Positions 1-13,627 are shown, counted from the first letter of the whole stretch. The stretch: DNA of 63,231 nt, filler included, from Octopus bimaculoides (GCF_001194135.2; 6 parts of 6 records of this genome joined end to end with filler, not necessarily neighbours in it), one strand, 5' to 3'. The notes: generated by a model not told the origin, from the sequence alone. Made by a program: numbers and translations.

Positions 1-333
1 GGTTTCGATTCCCAGACTGGGTGTTGTGAGTGTTTATTGAGCGAAAGCACCTAAAAGCTCCACGAGGCTCCGGCAGCGGATGGTGGCGAACCCTTCTGTA
101 CTCTTTCACTACAACTTTCTCTCACTCTTTCTTCCTGTTTCTGTTGTGCCTGTAAGTCAAAGGGTCAGCCTTGTCACACTCTGTGTCACGCTGAATCTCC
201 CCGAGAACTACGTTAAGGGTACACGTGTCTGTGGAGTGCTCAGCCATTTGCACGTTAATTTCACGAGCAGGCTGTTCCGTTGATCGGATCAACTGGAACC
301 CTCGACGTCGTAAGCGACGGAGTGCCAACAACA
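1..333 (+). mobile_element. tRNA-head SINE, family A (5' end cut by window edge)
   Basis: Starts at B-box-like GGTTTCGATTCCC and ends in a CAACAACAA tail. Near-identical to copies at 22760-23140 (-) and 26926-27262 (+). Confidence 0.85.
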
Positions 334-1121
334 AAGTGTACATATAAAAACTCTAACATCTAAGTAGTAACTGACTAAGAGAAAGCGTGACATTTCGCAG
401 CTTTGATAAAATATCTACTTTTATAAGAGCAATGATTATGAAACTGACAAATACCAGCGCACCACACAACAAAAGTATTGCTGGAATTTATTGTTCCCCC
501 ATTAACACTCTTCCCTCCCCTTTTTTATTAATGACAAAACAATATAGATTCTACATCTATATATTTCTCTTTTCATTGTGTTGTTTTGACAAGTTTAAAC
601 ATTTAGAAATCATCTTTATTGAGTACAGCAATTTGTTGGCCTCTTTTTCAATTTTCACAGCCTATAACTAATACTGGATTACAGGACATTGATTGACTTG
701 AATTTTGGAATGAGGTAAAATTGTGTTCTTGATCTCAAGTTGCAGATATTTTCCCAGAAATCCCCTTGATAAATCTGTTTTCATGATCTTCAAAAACATG
801 GAGAAATTTCAAGTTTACAAATGTGTGTGTCTGTGTGTGTGTGGTTGTTAAATTGTATATATGTATATATATATATATATATATATAATAAATGCGAATG
901 TCAGTGTGTCAGTGTGTCGCACTTTTCAGCTTTATCCCTGGACGCCGTAGCCCAACATATCACACAATTTTGGAATCAGGCTGACTCCGTGAGTAAATTA
1001 AAAACATTTCGTGCCGAATCCAGAGCCGCAATCCTGAAATTTTAGATTCCCAAGTTTTCATTTACGGCGATTTTTTTACGTGATTCTTTGTGACGAATTT
1101 TTTTGTACGACAACAATTTTT

Positions 1122-1150
1122 ACTAGCTGGACCCGTGAAAACTTCACGGA
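1122..1150 (+). mobile_element. possible terminus of a non-autonomous Helitron-like element
   Basis: ACTAGCTGGACCCGTGAAAACTTCACGG: ACTAG followed by a short hairpin (CCGTGAA/TTCACGG). A similar ACTAGCAG..CCCGGCGCTGCTCGGG is at 52873-52901. The other end was not located. Confidence 0.35.
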
Positions 1151-1600
1151 AAACATAAAAAAATGTAAGCATCTGTAAATAGTGTTCATTTAATAACTAT
1201 CGAATAATTATGGGCATAACTACAGATGTGTACCCCACCGACTTTGATGCCTCATAAATTCCATAAATAATCGCTTAGACTCTGTTGATTGAGGCTACGT
1301 TAAGAAATATGTTTGCGGGTTATTAACATCACGCCGTGGAAGAGTTAATAAAATGACAGGAGAATATCATCAAATTTATACAAAACTGTTTGATTAAATA
1401 TTCTTTTTTCACTTTTTTTCTTTCCTCTTTTTTTTTCTGTCTTCTTTTTTCCGTCTTTTACCTTTAGTGATTAACTGGCACCGAAATTTCGCTGTCATTT
1501 CAAAAGTGTTGCATGAAAGTTACCAGCATGTGGCGAAAAAATATCCTCGTTTCAAAGATATTTCCTCAGCCGCCTATTGTTGCTTTTAGACGGAATAAGA

Positions 1601-1664
<64 letters not shown>

Positions 1665-1669
<5 letters not shown>

Positions 1670-2130
1670 TACAGGACGTCACAAACCGTAATCAAATGAG
1701 TTTGCAAACAAAGAGAAAACAGGACAAGTAACATAAAGAACGACCCTTTATCAGTTGTCGGCTGTCCATCTACTCCGCATTTCAAGCATTGAACGACAAT
1801 ATGAGTCTTTGAAGACAGTTGCTCCCATGAATATCAAAATAAAATTTGTGATTTATGGAGGGTCAAAGTTGGTATCAAAAAGAGGACAGTGGCGCCATAC
1901 AAGGAAACCGAACGAAAACGAACATAGAGAGTCGTTAGACCAGACGAAGGTAAAATAGCGAATGCTGGAAAAATATTTTCTTTCACAAGAGAAAAGATAG
2001 AAGAGAGAGATAGATAGGATACGTGCAGTCTTTACGACAGCCCTGAAGGAAAAGAATGATAATCACATAAGGAAAAGAAAGATGCACGATGGTCAAGTGC
2101 GAGTAACGATAGAGAGAGTAAAGGAGAAAG
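1665..2130. repeat. dispersed repeat, inverted homolog of 17565-18040
   Basis: Shared blocks such as GACAGCCGACAACTGAT(G/A)AAGGGTC and TACA(G/A)GACGTCAC. Class uncertain, possibly Penelope-associated. Confidence 0.6.
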
Positions 2131-2309
2131 AGGGAGAAAGAGAGACAGATAGAAAACGGTGAAGGGGAGAAAAAGGAATAAGAGAAAGGATGAGAGAGAG
2201 AAAACAAAAGGGAAAGAGAACAGTATAGAGTAGAGTCGCATCAAAAATATTAAGATAAACTTACTTGGAAATGGATGCGTAGCATTCAATCAAATAATAA
2301 TATAAATAA

Positions 2310-2468
2310 TGCGCAGGAGTGGCTGTGTGGTAAGTAGCTTGCTTCCCAGCCACATGGTTCCGGGTTCAGTCTCACTGCGTGGCACCTTGGGCAAGTGTCT
2401 TCTACTATAGCCTCGGGCCGACCAAAGCCTTGTGAGTGGATTTGGTAGACGGAAACTGAAAGAAGCCC
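2310..2468 (+). mobile_element. tRNA-head SINE, family B (CORE-like block), runs into gap
   Basis: GCGCAGGAGTGGCTGTGTGGTAAG..GGGTTCAGTC..GGCACCTTGGGCAAGTGTCTT; many copies in the window. Confidence 0.85.
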
Positions 2469-3902
2469 NNNNNNNNNNNNNNNNNNNNNNNNNNNNNNNN
2501 NNNNNNNNNNNNNNNNNNNNNNNNNNNNNNNNNNNNNNNNNNNNNNNNNNNNNNNNNNNNNNNNNNNNNNNNNNNNNNNNNNNNNNNNNNNNNNNNNNNN
2601 NNNNNNNNNNNNNNNNNNNNNNNNNNNNNNNNNNNNNNNNNNNNNNNNNNNNNNNNNNNNNNNNNNNNNNNNNNNNNNNNNNNNNNNNNNNNNNNNNNNN
2701 NNNNNNNNNNNNNNNNNNNNNNNNNNNNNNNNNNNNNNNNNNNNNNNNNNNNNNNNNNNNNNNNNNNNNNNNNNNNNNNNNNNNNNNNNNNNNNNNNNNN
2801 NNNNNNNNNNNNNNNNNNNNNNNNNNNNNNNNNNNNNNNNNNNNNNNNNNNNNNNNNNNNNNNNNNNNNNNNNNNNNNNNNNNNNNNNNNNNNNNNNNNN
2901 NNNNNNNNNNNNNNNNNNNNNNNNNNNNNNNNNNNNNNNNNNNNNNNNNNNNNNNNNNNNNNNNNNNNNNNNNNNNNNNNNNNNNNNNNNNNNNNNNNNN
3001 NNNNNNNNNNNNNNNNNNNNNNNNNNNNNNNNNNNNATATATATATATATATATATATATATACAGGACGTCACAAACCGTAAACAACATGAAATACACA
3101 CACACACACATACGTATATATACACTGTATATGCTCTGTTTGAGTTTTGCTAATTTGTTTTAAAGTGAAATAACTCATTATTTTTCTCTTCCAGGCCAAT
3201 ACATTGTTTCAATGTGGTAATACAACGAGAGCAACGCTGGCTAATAAAAAAGCAACACATCAGAATATCCATCGTCGCTGATATTATTACGTCTATTGGT
3301 TGCACTGCAGCAATAATGGCAGTAATCGTTAAAGCTACAACTAGTACACATGCTGCCATAAGCAACTGGTCAAATGATTATGATTATGTTATCAATTAAA
3401 TAGAGTATGTTTTGTTAAATACATTGAGAGCTTCAATCAGAAAATGACATATTTCATAATATTTCATAATATATTTTGCAATTCGGAATACTGAAAAATG
3501 GATATATTCTGACCAGTATATCTGTGTAGCTATAGCCTAATAGCAGGGACCGATAATGGAATAAAAAATATTGGAGTTTAAATAGTTTTCTGCGCCACAG
3601 CAGACATTTCTTCTGTCCGATATACTCTCAGCCACTGAAATATACTGAGTGCTAGAACTGTTGTTTTCTTTGTTTTTTGTTTTGTTTGCATTTCTTTCAT
3701 TTTCTCATCTCTAAAAATCTACATCTAAAACATCAATTTATTTTATGTAATTTTGAAACAAATTAAAAAAGTATACTTCCTTTTTTTAAAAAATATTAAC
3801 TTTTATATAACTGACTTTTTTGAACTAGCAACTTGAATATTTTGTAAAGACAAAATCAGCTGTATACGTCAACACTATTATAGGTAACAGTAATTTTAAT
3901 GG

Positions 3903-4634
3903 GCATAACTACAGAGTTGTACCCACCAGACTTTGGAAGGTCATAACTTTTAGAAAAATGAATATTTTTTTAATGAAATTTTCTATGCGTATAGTATTTA
4001 TTATGTAGATTCCGAATATACAAAAATTTCTGGTGAAAGTGTTTTGGAATGGGGGTGGGGGATAATTTTTGGAAATTCCAACAGAGTCCACTTAAATTCT
4101 TCTTAACTTCCAGGAAAATTAATATTTTTCCGTGAAATTTTCTACAAATATACCTTGATGTATGTACATTTCGAGCATGTAGGAATTTTGAAGGAAACAA
4201 CTGCAGGTTATTTTTGAGAAGTGTTCCCCACTCGGTGATGTTTCGGACCAAGTCGTCCATAATTGTTTCATTTTTCTCTATTATGTGCGTATGTGCATCC
4301 GTAGATTTGTAATGAAGTAATACGCTGCTTCTGTTCTCTTCTACTTCTCTACTAGAAACATTTACTTTGGAATTTACTTCTATTGAGAAAAAAAAATCGT
4401 GTGCATGTTGTTTTTAACGTAAGTTTTCTTATGACGGCTTCTCTTTTCTGCTTATTACTTCATTAGAAATCTAAAAATTGTCCCCCACCCCCATTCCAAA
4501 ACACTTTCACCAGAAAGTATATTCGGAATCTACATAATAAATACTATATGCATAGAAAATTTCATTAAAAAATATTGATTTTTCTGAAAGTTATGACCTT
4601 CCAAAGTCTGGTGGGTACAACTCTGTAGTTATGC
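3903..4634. mobile_element. MITE with ~170-bp TIRs and 9-bp TSD (Mutator-like)
   Basis: 3903-~4070 is the reverse complement of ~4473-4634. TTTTAATGG is directly repeated at 3894-3902 and 4635-4643. No coding capacity. Confidence 0.8.
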
Positions 4635-6438
4635 TTTTAATGGTTTATAATGAACTCAATATTCAAATATTGATCCCAAACGGAGGAAAACATTTATCAT
4701 TGTATTCATTCATAAATAAGTTTGGTAATTGTTAGATCTGATACCTCTGATCACGTCACAGAAGAAATGGCGTTGACAACAAACATACAAATAGTTGAGT
4801 AATATTCTAATGATTTTATTTTCAATGTGTTGTTTGTTTTTAAACCATATCGGAAACTAATTTCTACTGATAATGATTCTATATTTTAATTAATGCCTTT
4901 TTGTAAGAAAATAATTGCTGTTTAATATTAGTAAACATACCAATAAATCATTCTAAACATTAATTGTCATTAAGATCTAATGAAAAGCGTAAAGTATTTT
5001 TTTACCAATACAGAGTATTTGTTAGGCTAGTGGCCAAGGATAGTGTGCGATATCCACAGTTCAAATTGGTGGGCCGCACAGACCACAAATTTGTGATCTG
5101 CTTGGTTGGCTTAGATAGAACTCAAAGACAGGGTGTCGGTTACTTGAAGTTGGGCATATCATTACTGACACTTGCCAGGCACGTAGTGACCGACGGCTGA
5201 ATGTTACAGTCGAGTCTTACTGCGTGTCCTGACAATATATATGTCTAGTTTGCCTACAAAACCGGTTTGCGTGGTGATCAAGGAAGGGAGACGGTTGTGT
5301 AAGCGACAGATATGGAATGGAGTGTGAGTGAGATAGTAACGTTAATACATACAGTTGTCATTCAGAGATAGACACGCGCGCGCTTTCAATCTCTTTCTGC
5401 CTCGCTCGCATTTCTTTCTCTCTGTCTCTCACTCTCTCCCTTCTCTCTCTCTTTCTCTCTCTCTCTCACTCACTCTCTGTAATACACACACATACACACA
5501 CTCACAAATCTATAGGCAAGTATTTGACAACGTTTAGACCGAAAATAACCGAAGAATTCCTTTTTGCCATTTATGAACAGGCGATAAAGAAGTAATCGTC
5601 TGCTAAATAATAAAGTCAAATCACTTTTCTTTTCACAGAGACGATGTTTCAAGTCAACATTGAAGGTGAAGTACCTTATTAATTTCATTTTTATTATTTG
5701 CAAAATTATAAACAATCATTCATCTATCTTAAATTTAAAAAGACAGATTTCTAAAAGGGAAATTGCTAATTAGTATCTTATCCCTTTTCGTGTTGTAATT
5801 TTCTGTCACGTTCTGTTCACAAAACCATCTAAAGTTTAAACTGAAGGTGAGGTCCCTTACTGAATTTATTGAAAAATATTCAACAATTACATTAATTCAG
5901 CCCTTTAATAAAGTCATGGGTGATAGTAACTGTATTGACGTCTGGCTCTAGACGCCATTTTGGAGCATTCATCCACGCATGCGCATAGGATTAGAGCTTT
6001 CTGGAGATCTGACAGAAGCCCCTTATGCGCATGCGCAATCATTAGCAGCAGCTAGGCTTGAACGTCATTCACCCTTTTCGGCCCCGGCTGTTGGCCAGGC
6101 AGGACGCAACTGAGACCAGCTCCGTGGAGTTGGAATTCTGATGGCGCGCGACGTTGAGAGTCTGTGAAAATGCATTCGTATTTCTGTGTCTAACTATCAA
6201 CCCTGTTGCTTCCACACCAAGGCATCCCGGCTACCGATGTCCATAGATGAGATGTTTATTCAGACGAAATAAATTATCCTTGTTATTTGTTCAGAGAGAT
6301 CTTGTCCTCGCTTTTTCCTTCCATGAACTATGTATGGACTTGTGAAGCACCCAGCAAGTGCAAATCACATTTTCCTACGATTGGTGACCCCGACTAAGGA
6401 CATTAGCAGCCAGGTCTCTGACTAGCAGCCATCTTCAC

Positions 6439-6805
6439 AATGGTGAATATGTTCAGAGCTGTGTCACTCTAGCTCAAAAACATCGGAAATTACCGAACTC
6501 TCCGGGAAGAGTCCGTACGATACATATGCAATAACTGCAAGTATTTTCATTCTTTTATTCTGAATAGTACAATGCAGGAATACCAAGCATACATGAGTAG
6601 GGATGGAACATACGGCGGTAATGTTGAATTAGCTGCCATTAGTGAATTGGACAATGCTGGAATTCAGTCAGGTTCATCACAAAAATGACGATGAGATTAT
6701 TCTTCCTCTGTTCATCGTTTGTCGTCGAACATTTACTACAGAAAGGAAGATTTCTGTGTCATATAGTGGCAAATTTGACAACGGCCACTAGGATACTCTC
6801 TTTCC
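6439..6805 (+). pseudogene. OTU-family cysteine protease domain (Helitron-encoded, disrupted)
   Basis: NGE-[frameshift]-MFRAVSL*..YRTLREESVRYI..EYQAYMSRDGTYGGNVELAAISEL..SYSGKFDNGH*DTL matches the OTU pattern DGNCLFRA..LR..Y..WGG..EL.A..GHYD. Confidence 0.75.
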
Positions 6806-7425
6806 CATAAACAATCATGAGCATAAAAGGAATGTAGAGGGAAATAAAATATCGCAAGACAGTAAAAATGACAAAAGAATGAGAATTCAAACACTTGATA
6901 TGAAAATTGTAGAAGAAAATAAAAACCATTGGAAAATTATGTTGCAAAAAATGAGGGAATATGAGAGGAAGACAAGAGAACAAGAAGGCGATAAAGATAG
7001 GGAAATAAGATTGCAGAGAAAGAAGGAAAATTATAGAAATAAAAAAGTACAAGAAAATAAAAAAGACTAAGAAATACGAATACAAAAAAAAGGAGAGAAA
7101 ACGGTAGAATAAATACAAAATAAGAGAGTGAAAGCGACCGAAAAATACGACTAAAATGGAGAAAGCTTTCCAGAGAAAATCAGCAGGAATAGTATAGACG
7201 ATTTCAATGGCAACGTGTAGCATTTAACTATGATCCTAATCGTAATTATGCATTTGAAAAAATTGTCTCCCTGGGTTCTGTGTGCAAGACATGTGGAAAG
7301 TGTGGCGCTAGGAAGTGGGGCAAGGAATCATTAGGCATGCGTTGTTCTTAAGGTAAAGTCCATTTACAAATAATTGAGCCTCCAGAACTTATAAAACATA
7401 TTTTGGGTACCATTTGAGAAGCAAT

Positions 7426-7530
<105 letters not shown>

Positions 7531-7759
7531 TCTCCACTTTCTATGTTTTAAATACAAGATTTTACAATTATGCAAATAAAAAGTTTTTCAAAATTGCAAT
7601 TGCTTATCACATTTTTGTCCTGCTTCATTTTAAAGCTTTTATTATTTTGGAATGAAGAACGCAAATATAGGTGCTGAACCAGTGACTAAACTGGTCGGTT
7701 TGATATATTCATAGATAGCAGACCGTTTGGCGCTGTAAAAACTTACATATTCCTACGAA

Positions 7760-9200
7760 ACAGACTGAATCACACCGACTCTAGATTTCGGCGAGATATA
7801 CAATATTTTATGTCTTCTGTTGATAAAACGGATAAGAGATGTACTGAATCCGGTATATATGCCATTATGAAGACCACCAAAACCAACCGCATGACTATAA
7901 GCGAGTTTAAAATGCGGCTTGACGATAATGACAGGCAACTAGAGGGTAATTGGAAGATGATGATGGCCAATGTCCGTGGTTCCAAGCAATTTCGGTCTAG
8001 AAAATGTTCAGATTTGATGGCTTTGGACGAAAAATGTGGCCCGGTCCACTTGTTCCTAACTTTTTCTTGCGCAGAGTAATTTTGGTCGGATCTGCGCGAA
8101 TTTTTGAACAATTTGACCGCAGATATACCAAAATTTGCTACAAAGCGCACCAATGAGCTGTGTGCTGATGACGTAGTGGCTGTTAATGAGCATTTCCACT
8201 ATCGATTTGCCACCATGAGAGAAGACATTAGACATAAAAACAGTCCTTTCGGTCTGGTCAAGCACTTCTCTTGGAGATTGGAATACTAGATGAGAAGTGC
8301 ACCACACGTTCACATGAAATTGTAGATTAAAGAGATGGCCCGGTTATGGACAGAGATGACAAGAGTACGATTCAGACTTTTATAAAGTCCATGATCACTT
8401 GCATTCCGTCGAATATAGAAAGTCCAGTTTTGTCGGACTTGGTGTCGCGTTTTCAACATGTCTGCAGTGGATCCTGCAGAAACTGATTTATTCAAACGGT
8501 CGATGCAGATTTGGATTTCCAGTCTCATTGGAAATTTCCATTTGCTTAGTGTAGACGAGAGTATAAAGTCTCGGCACAAAGGCAGAACTGTCAAGAAACT
8601 TTACAAACTTGACAGACGACAGTGGGTAAAGAGTCTATTAATGACTATAACTCTCTTGTTCTGTATGTCTGAAAGGCGAATGACGATATACAGTATATCA
8701 GTGAAGATAGCCTGATTCTAAACCGATATGTTAGTAGTGATCACAAAGTCCGAAAATAGTAACACTGATTGCATTTAGACTGAGATTGACAAATTCAAGT
8801 CCATTTATTCAAAGTATAAGAGTGTCGGACTCCAGTTGATAGGCAAGCGTGAAACAGGCGCCTATGAAGCTGCTGACAAACTGCTTGGCCACCATTTTTA
8901 TGGGTTTTCTGAAAGCGTTATTTGGATTGGAGCGGACTTGACCAGTTGCCGATCGCATAGTTTCAAACCTCAGTATGAACTGGACCAATTGGAGCAGGAG
9001 TCCACTGATCTTTATTATGAGAACATGGTGGAAAATTGGCATCCAAACAGACCCGATTCGATGGAACACATACGTTTGTTTGAGATTGCAAGTAAATACG
9101 AACACGTGCCTCCAAACAAAGCCAGAAATGCTAATGAAGAAATGCGGTTGAGAAATAATCTTGGTTATTTCCGTTTTGTTAAAGAGCGAATTGTGAAGTC
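7760..9200 (+). pseudogene. Helitron Rep (HUH) domain, disrupted
   Basis: DSRFRRDIQYF; MANVRGSKQF..LFLTFSCAE; HUH motif RLEY*MRSAPHVHM at ~8275-8315; KRETGAYEAADKLLG. Confidence 0.85.
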
Positions 9201-9639
9201 ACCAAACATTAGATTGACCACAGATACTTCGGAGTGTTATTACCACAATCTGCCCATGCCCTTCAAGCCTTAGCGTGACGAGGAAAAAGACTTGCTTGAA
9301 GGTTGCAAAACTTATAAGAAATCCTTTGATCAGTGTGCCAACGGTTTATCTGAAATGGTCATGCTCCAGAATGTGCTCAGACGTATAGAGGATGCGCTGG
9401 AACATGGCAAAAATATTCAAAGTGAATCTCAGACTGATCTCAATGATGGCTATTCTTGTAGTGAGCATATGGAGGCTTTGGCAGAAGATGGCTGATGTCA
9501 ATCTGTCTCGCACGAGAAATGTCACTGAGGATGCACTGAGTCATAAAGGAAACCAATTGAATGACGTGCAAAGAAAAATTTATGATGGTATTGTGGCCGG
9601 TATTGAGAAACAAAACAATCACTGGAACAGCAACAAACC

Positions 9640-11030
9640 TTATCCGCGATGTCAATGTGATGACTGTGCACAAGTTTTGAAATTTGTTTCTGGTGTTGAT
9701 GGCACGGGAAAAAGTTTTTTGATAAATGTACTGGCTGATAAAATTCAGTACATCCACCCAAGTGGCCCGAGTGTAGTGATATCAGCACCAACAGGAATGG
9801 TCGCTTTCCAACTAAACGGAACGACTGTTCATCGATTGCTAAAACTCAAAGTGCAGCACGCAAAACTCCTGTATATGAGGAATTATCGAAAAACAATCTA
9901 AAACTGTTGCGGACGATGCTTCTGTATGTGAGACTGATTATAATCGATGAGGTTAGTATGGTCAGTCACTTGCAGCTGGCTTTTATTCACTTGAGATTGT
10001 GCCAGCTGTTTGAATCTACACAACAGAGTCCACCTTTCGAACACATAAATATGGTTGTCTTTGGTAATTTGTTTCAATTACCACCTGTTAGAGAAAAACC
10101 AGTGTTTAAAAGAACCAGTCACTACGATGCCCAAAGAGCATGCTTGTGTATTAACAGCTACCACTTGAGGAGATTCTTTGACTATGACGAGTTGATAGTT
10201 AACATGCGTTAGAAAGACGATACGGAGGATTATGTTATCATGCTCGGCCGAATCAGATTGGGTTCACCGCTTGACTCTGACATCCAAATTCTTAATGAGC
10301 GTCGAATTGAACCCAACGGCAAAGCTTCTCTCGAACAGGTTGCTTAAAAAATTTGTGAGCCGACTCAGACAACTGATTTGAGTATCGTTTGTATTATGCC
10401 TCTGAACGAGTCGGCATCGGAGTTATGCTCGAGAAACTTGGCATTAGTACTGTCGAGATTGTGGATGTTGATTACAGCTTGCGGCAAACCAAAAGTTAAA
10501 AACGAAATTAAAGGTCAAAAAAAGAAACTAAAAGCAAGAAGCTGACCACCAAGGCGAAAAAAATAAAACGCCTGATAATGCTGGCCTTGAAACTATCCTT
10601 AAAGTCGACATTAATGCTCGAGTGATGCTAATGCGCAACATGGACGTGGACAGCGGTTTGTGCAACGGTGCAATGGGAACTGTCAAGAGACTCAACTACG
10701 AATTTGGAAAGATTACTTCCATTGTCGTTCTCTTTGATAGTTTTAAAAAAGTATTTTCTATCAAAACTGCCAAAGCCGATTACGAATTGTCACCTGGTGT
10801 GTCCAACACTAGAAATCAATTTCCCTTGTGTATTGCAAATGCAATTTCTATCCACAAACCACAGGGAATAAGCGTCGATGGTGTCGTTGTTGATTTGGGT
10901 ACCGGCGTTTTCTCCTGCGGTGTGGCCTATGCGTCCTTGTCTCGCAAACTGTGCAATGTCCCTTGATTGATCTTGATCCATCGAGTTTGTTCATGTGCGA
11001 TTCCAGCGCTTGGAAAGAATACAACTATTT
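9640..11030 (+). pseudogene. Pif1-family SF1B helicase domain, disrupted
   Basis: Walker A GVDGTGKS (9692-9715), APTG..NGTTVH, Walker B IIIDEVSM, FGNLFQLPPV, VMLMRNMDVDSGLCNG, QFPLCIANAISIHKPQG, VAYASLSR. Confidence 0.92.
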
Positions 11031-11199
11031 GGGAGAGCGCATTAATATGGAGTCACTTCCATTGCGTAACGTGAGACCTAAAATTATTAAACTGGCTAAA
11101 ACGGCGACCAAGAAGAGTAAAATTGCCATTAATATGGCCAGTGAAATCATCAACTTGCTGAACTCGAAAAGGGCTAGATTTGAAAACACGGTTGCAAAG

Positions 11200-11545
11200 C
11201 CGTACATTTCACTGATGAACGAGAGAAACGCTTGTTTTGGGAACAGCTCGATACAGTTTATCCGCCAGCTGTCTTTGTTGGCCAAATACATGCAGTCCAG
11301 TAATGATATTGTCATTCGTGAAATTCACGATATTACATCATTTGGAACTAAATAAGTAGCCAACTTGAGAAATATTACCGGCGGCTGGTTTAACGAAGGT
11401 ACTCAGCAGTGTGTGCATTATTTTTGGAAGCACATTGACCATTCGCTGCCTGAAAATGTTAAACAAATGTTCGTGTTTGGGGAGAATACGTTACTCAGGT
11501 GCACTAGAAAGCACGAGGCCAATTGCCCCAAATTACACACTAATG
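11200..11545 (+). pseudogene. USP/peptidase C19-like domain (N-terminal part) fused after the helicase
   Basis: LMNERNACFGNSSIQFI resembles the Cys box GLxNxGNTCF/YxNSxIQxL (TGT at 11233-11235). GTQQCVHYF resembles QQDAHEF, followed by F....LRC..H. Cut by the gap. Confidence 0.6.
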
Positions 11546-11672
11546 AGTATATATATATATATATATATATATNNNNNNNNNNNNNNNNNNNNNNNNNNNN
11601 NNNNNNNNNNNNNNNNTTAATTAATTAANNNNNNNNNNNNNNNNNNNNNNNNNNNNNNNNNNNNNNNNNNNN

Positions 11673-11707
<35 letters not shown>

Positions 11708-11814
11708 CGCGTACATGTATAGACTTACATGCTACTGTGATGTGCCTTTGGAGAAGTTCATAGAATAGTTTAGTTGGGAGAGGGTTATCTTGTTTAAAAT
11801 AAATTGATTTCAAA

Positions 11815-11935
11815 TTTTGGCACAATTTCGGGAGCGGGTGTAAGTCGATTCCATCGAATCCAGTCCTCAACTGGTACTTATTTTATGGGCCCCGAAAGGA
11901 TGAAAGGCGAAATCAATCCCATTGGAATTTGAACT
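11815..11935 (-). mobile_element. SINE family C fragment
   Basis: Matches family C internal and 3' blocks (AAGTACCAGTT, GGCC/TTGTGCCAAAATTTGAA). Confidence 0.65.
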
Positions 11936-12177
11936 CACCATAGTGTTACAATCGATTTGTTTAACTTAACGACTCTGGAAAAGAAAATGATAGAATAAGT
12001 GCCAGACTTTAAAAATAAGTACTAGAGTCCATTTGTTCGACGAAACCCTTCAGTTCGGTGCCCCAGCATAGCCACAGTTCAATAGTTGAATCAAGTGAAA
12101 GATAAATCATAAATTATACTAAAGGAGAAATATAATTTTATCCTACTGTAACTTTTACTTTATCACCTCACCTTCAG

Positions 12178-12229
12178 TGCTAAATCCTCAGGAGAAGAAA
12201 TCCAAAGATAGATCGATCTCACTGTACAA
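12178..12229 (+). CDS. candidate upstream exon A of TGF-beta-family prodomain gene (LNPQEKKSKDRSISLYK)
   Basis: Pyrimidine tract ending CCTTCAG, donor GTAAGC. Open frame ends in phase 2, matching exon B. An assembly join (22310-22409) lies between them. Confidence 0.45.
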
Positions 12230-12271
12230 GTAAGCTCTCATTTTCTAGAGAAGCATTCATTACGTAGATGC

Positions 12272-12480
12272 AAGGCGGTGAGCTGGCAGAATCGTTAGCA
12301 CGCCGGGCGAAATGCTTAGCGGTATTTCGTCTGCCGTTACGTTCTGAGTTCAAATTCCGCCGAGGTCGATTTCGCCTCTCATCCTTTCAGGATCGATAAG
12401 ATTAGTATCAATTACGCTTTGGGTCGATGTAATCGACTTAATCCCTTCCCCCAAATTTGAGGCCTTGTGCTTCTAGTAGA
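12272..12480 (+). mobile_element. SINE family C, near full monomer
   Basis: GGCGGTGAGCTGGCAGAATCGTTAGCACGCCGGGCG..GAGTTCAAATTCCGCCGAGG..GGCCTTGTGC. Confidence 0.85.
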
Positions 12481-13590
12481 AATGATTCGTTGCCTAGAAG
12501 CTTCATATTATTTTTGAAGCGTATTTCGCTTCGATGTAATATAATTTTGGAAAATCCTTTATGCTTTAAACGGGATGTTGTTACAGCTTGTGGTATTGTT
12601 ATAATTGTTTATAATTGTTTATAATTGTTTAATCATACAAGGAATTAGAAGAATTAAATTGGTCGTAAGCATAATAATGTATCTCATTAGTTTTATCTTA
12701 GATGCGGTTGGGTGTGGTTTCAAAATTCACTACTACAGGATTTTTTTCCCTTTGTTTTATTTTTGTAGTCGGAAGTGGTTTGCGGTAAATTTGGTTCCTA
12801 TTGCTATTATGTGGAATACTCACGTTTTCTTTAATTTCCTATAATACATAGTTATAAGACGAACTGAGAACCGGAACGGCCGTTTTCGCAGCTTTTATAA
12901 CACTTGTGGGAAGAAGGAATAAAATTATCGTTCAGTCTGGAATCCGTACTCGAATACTCCAACACATTGAACTGCACAAAAGGCTCCGTAGAGCCGAATA
13001 TTAACCTGTACAAGGGATATGAAAAGCTACTTTAAATTAAATAAATACGCCGATGGACCATCAATGCATGTGTGATTATCTCGCTATAGTACTGCAGTCG
13101 GAAATTCCCAATTCATGTCCGGCGTGTCAAAAGACCACTGGGAGTGAAGCACCCCTCAAGTTTTTTTACAGCATGTCACTAAGAGGTCACTCTGATATGA
13201 AATCGGATGTGCAGGGAATGACACTGGACATTTCGGGGATCATTTTGTTTGCGCTTGAGATCATGGTGGTCCTAAATTCTTGAGCCTTGCGACCCAAATT
13301 GGCACTAGATATCTTGACTTGGCTTGTCTCTGGATAATGTCAGTATGGTTTACTAGGTGTTGTGTGAGCTTTATTGAAATTAAAATTTCGCACAGGCATT
13401 TCTGACTACTATGCAAGGGCTTCATAATTTTATCTTTATATACCTACCCACCTACCTACCTACCTACCTACATATATACATACATACATATATATATATA
13501 TATGCATATAGTGCACATAAATTTTGAAACATATGTAGGAATTAAAGGAACTTATTGATTATACGCGTTTTGCTCCATTTATTATTATTC

Positions 13591-13627
<37 letters not shown>

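Noticed and set aside
3195-3399. Strong acceptor followed by open frames on both strands
   Set aside because: No recognisable protein and no link to other exons.
5020-5234. TGTTAGG..CCTGACA segment resembling a solo LTR
   Set aside because: No TSD, PBS/PPT or second copy.
5639-5665. Possible 27-nt upstream exon (phase-compatible with exon A)
   Set aside because: Weak donor (GTGAAG), no signal peptide, and a similar sequence recurs at ~5840, suggesting repeat origin.
11617-11628. TTAATTAATTAA between N runs (also 22354, 35489, 44832, 58965)
   Set aside because: Identical 12-mer centred in 100-bp N spacers with stops in all frames: an assembly linker, not biology. It also means adjacency across these points is uncertain.
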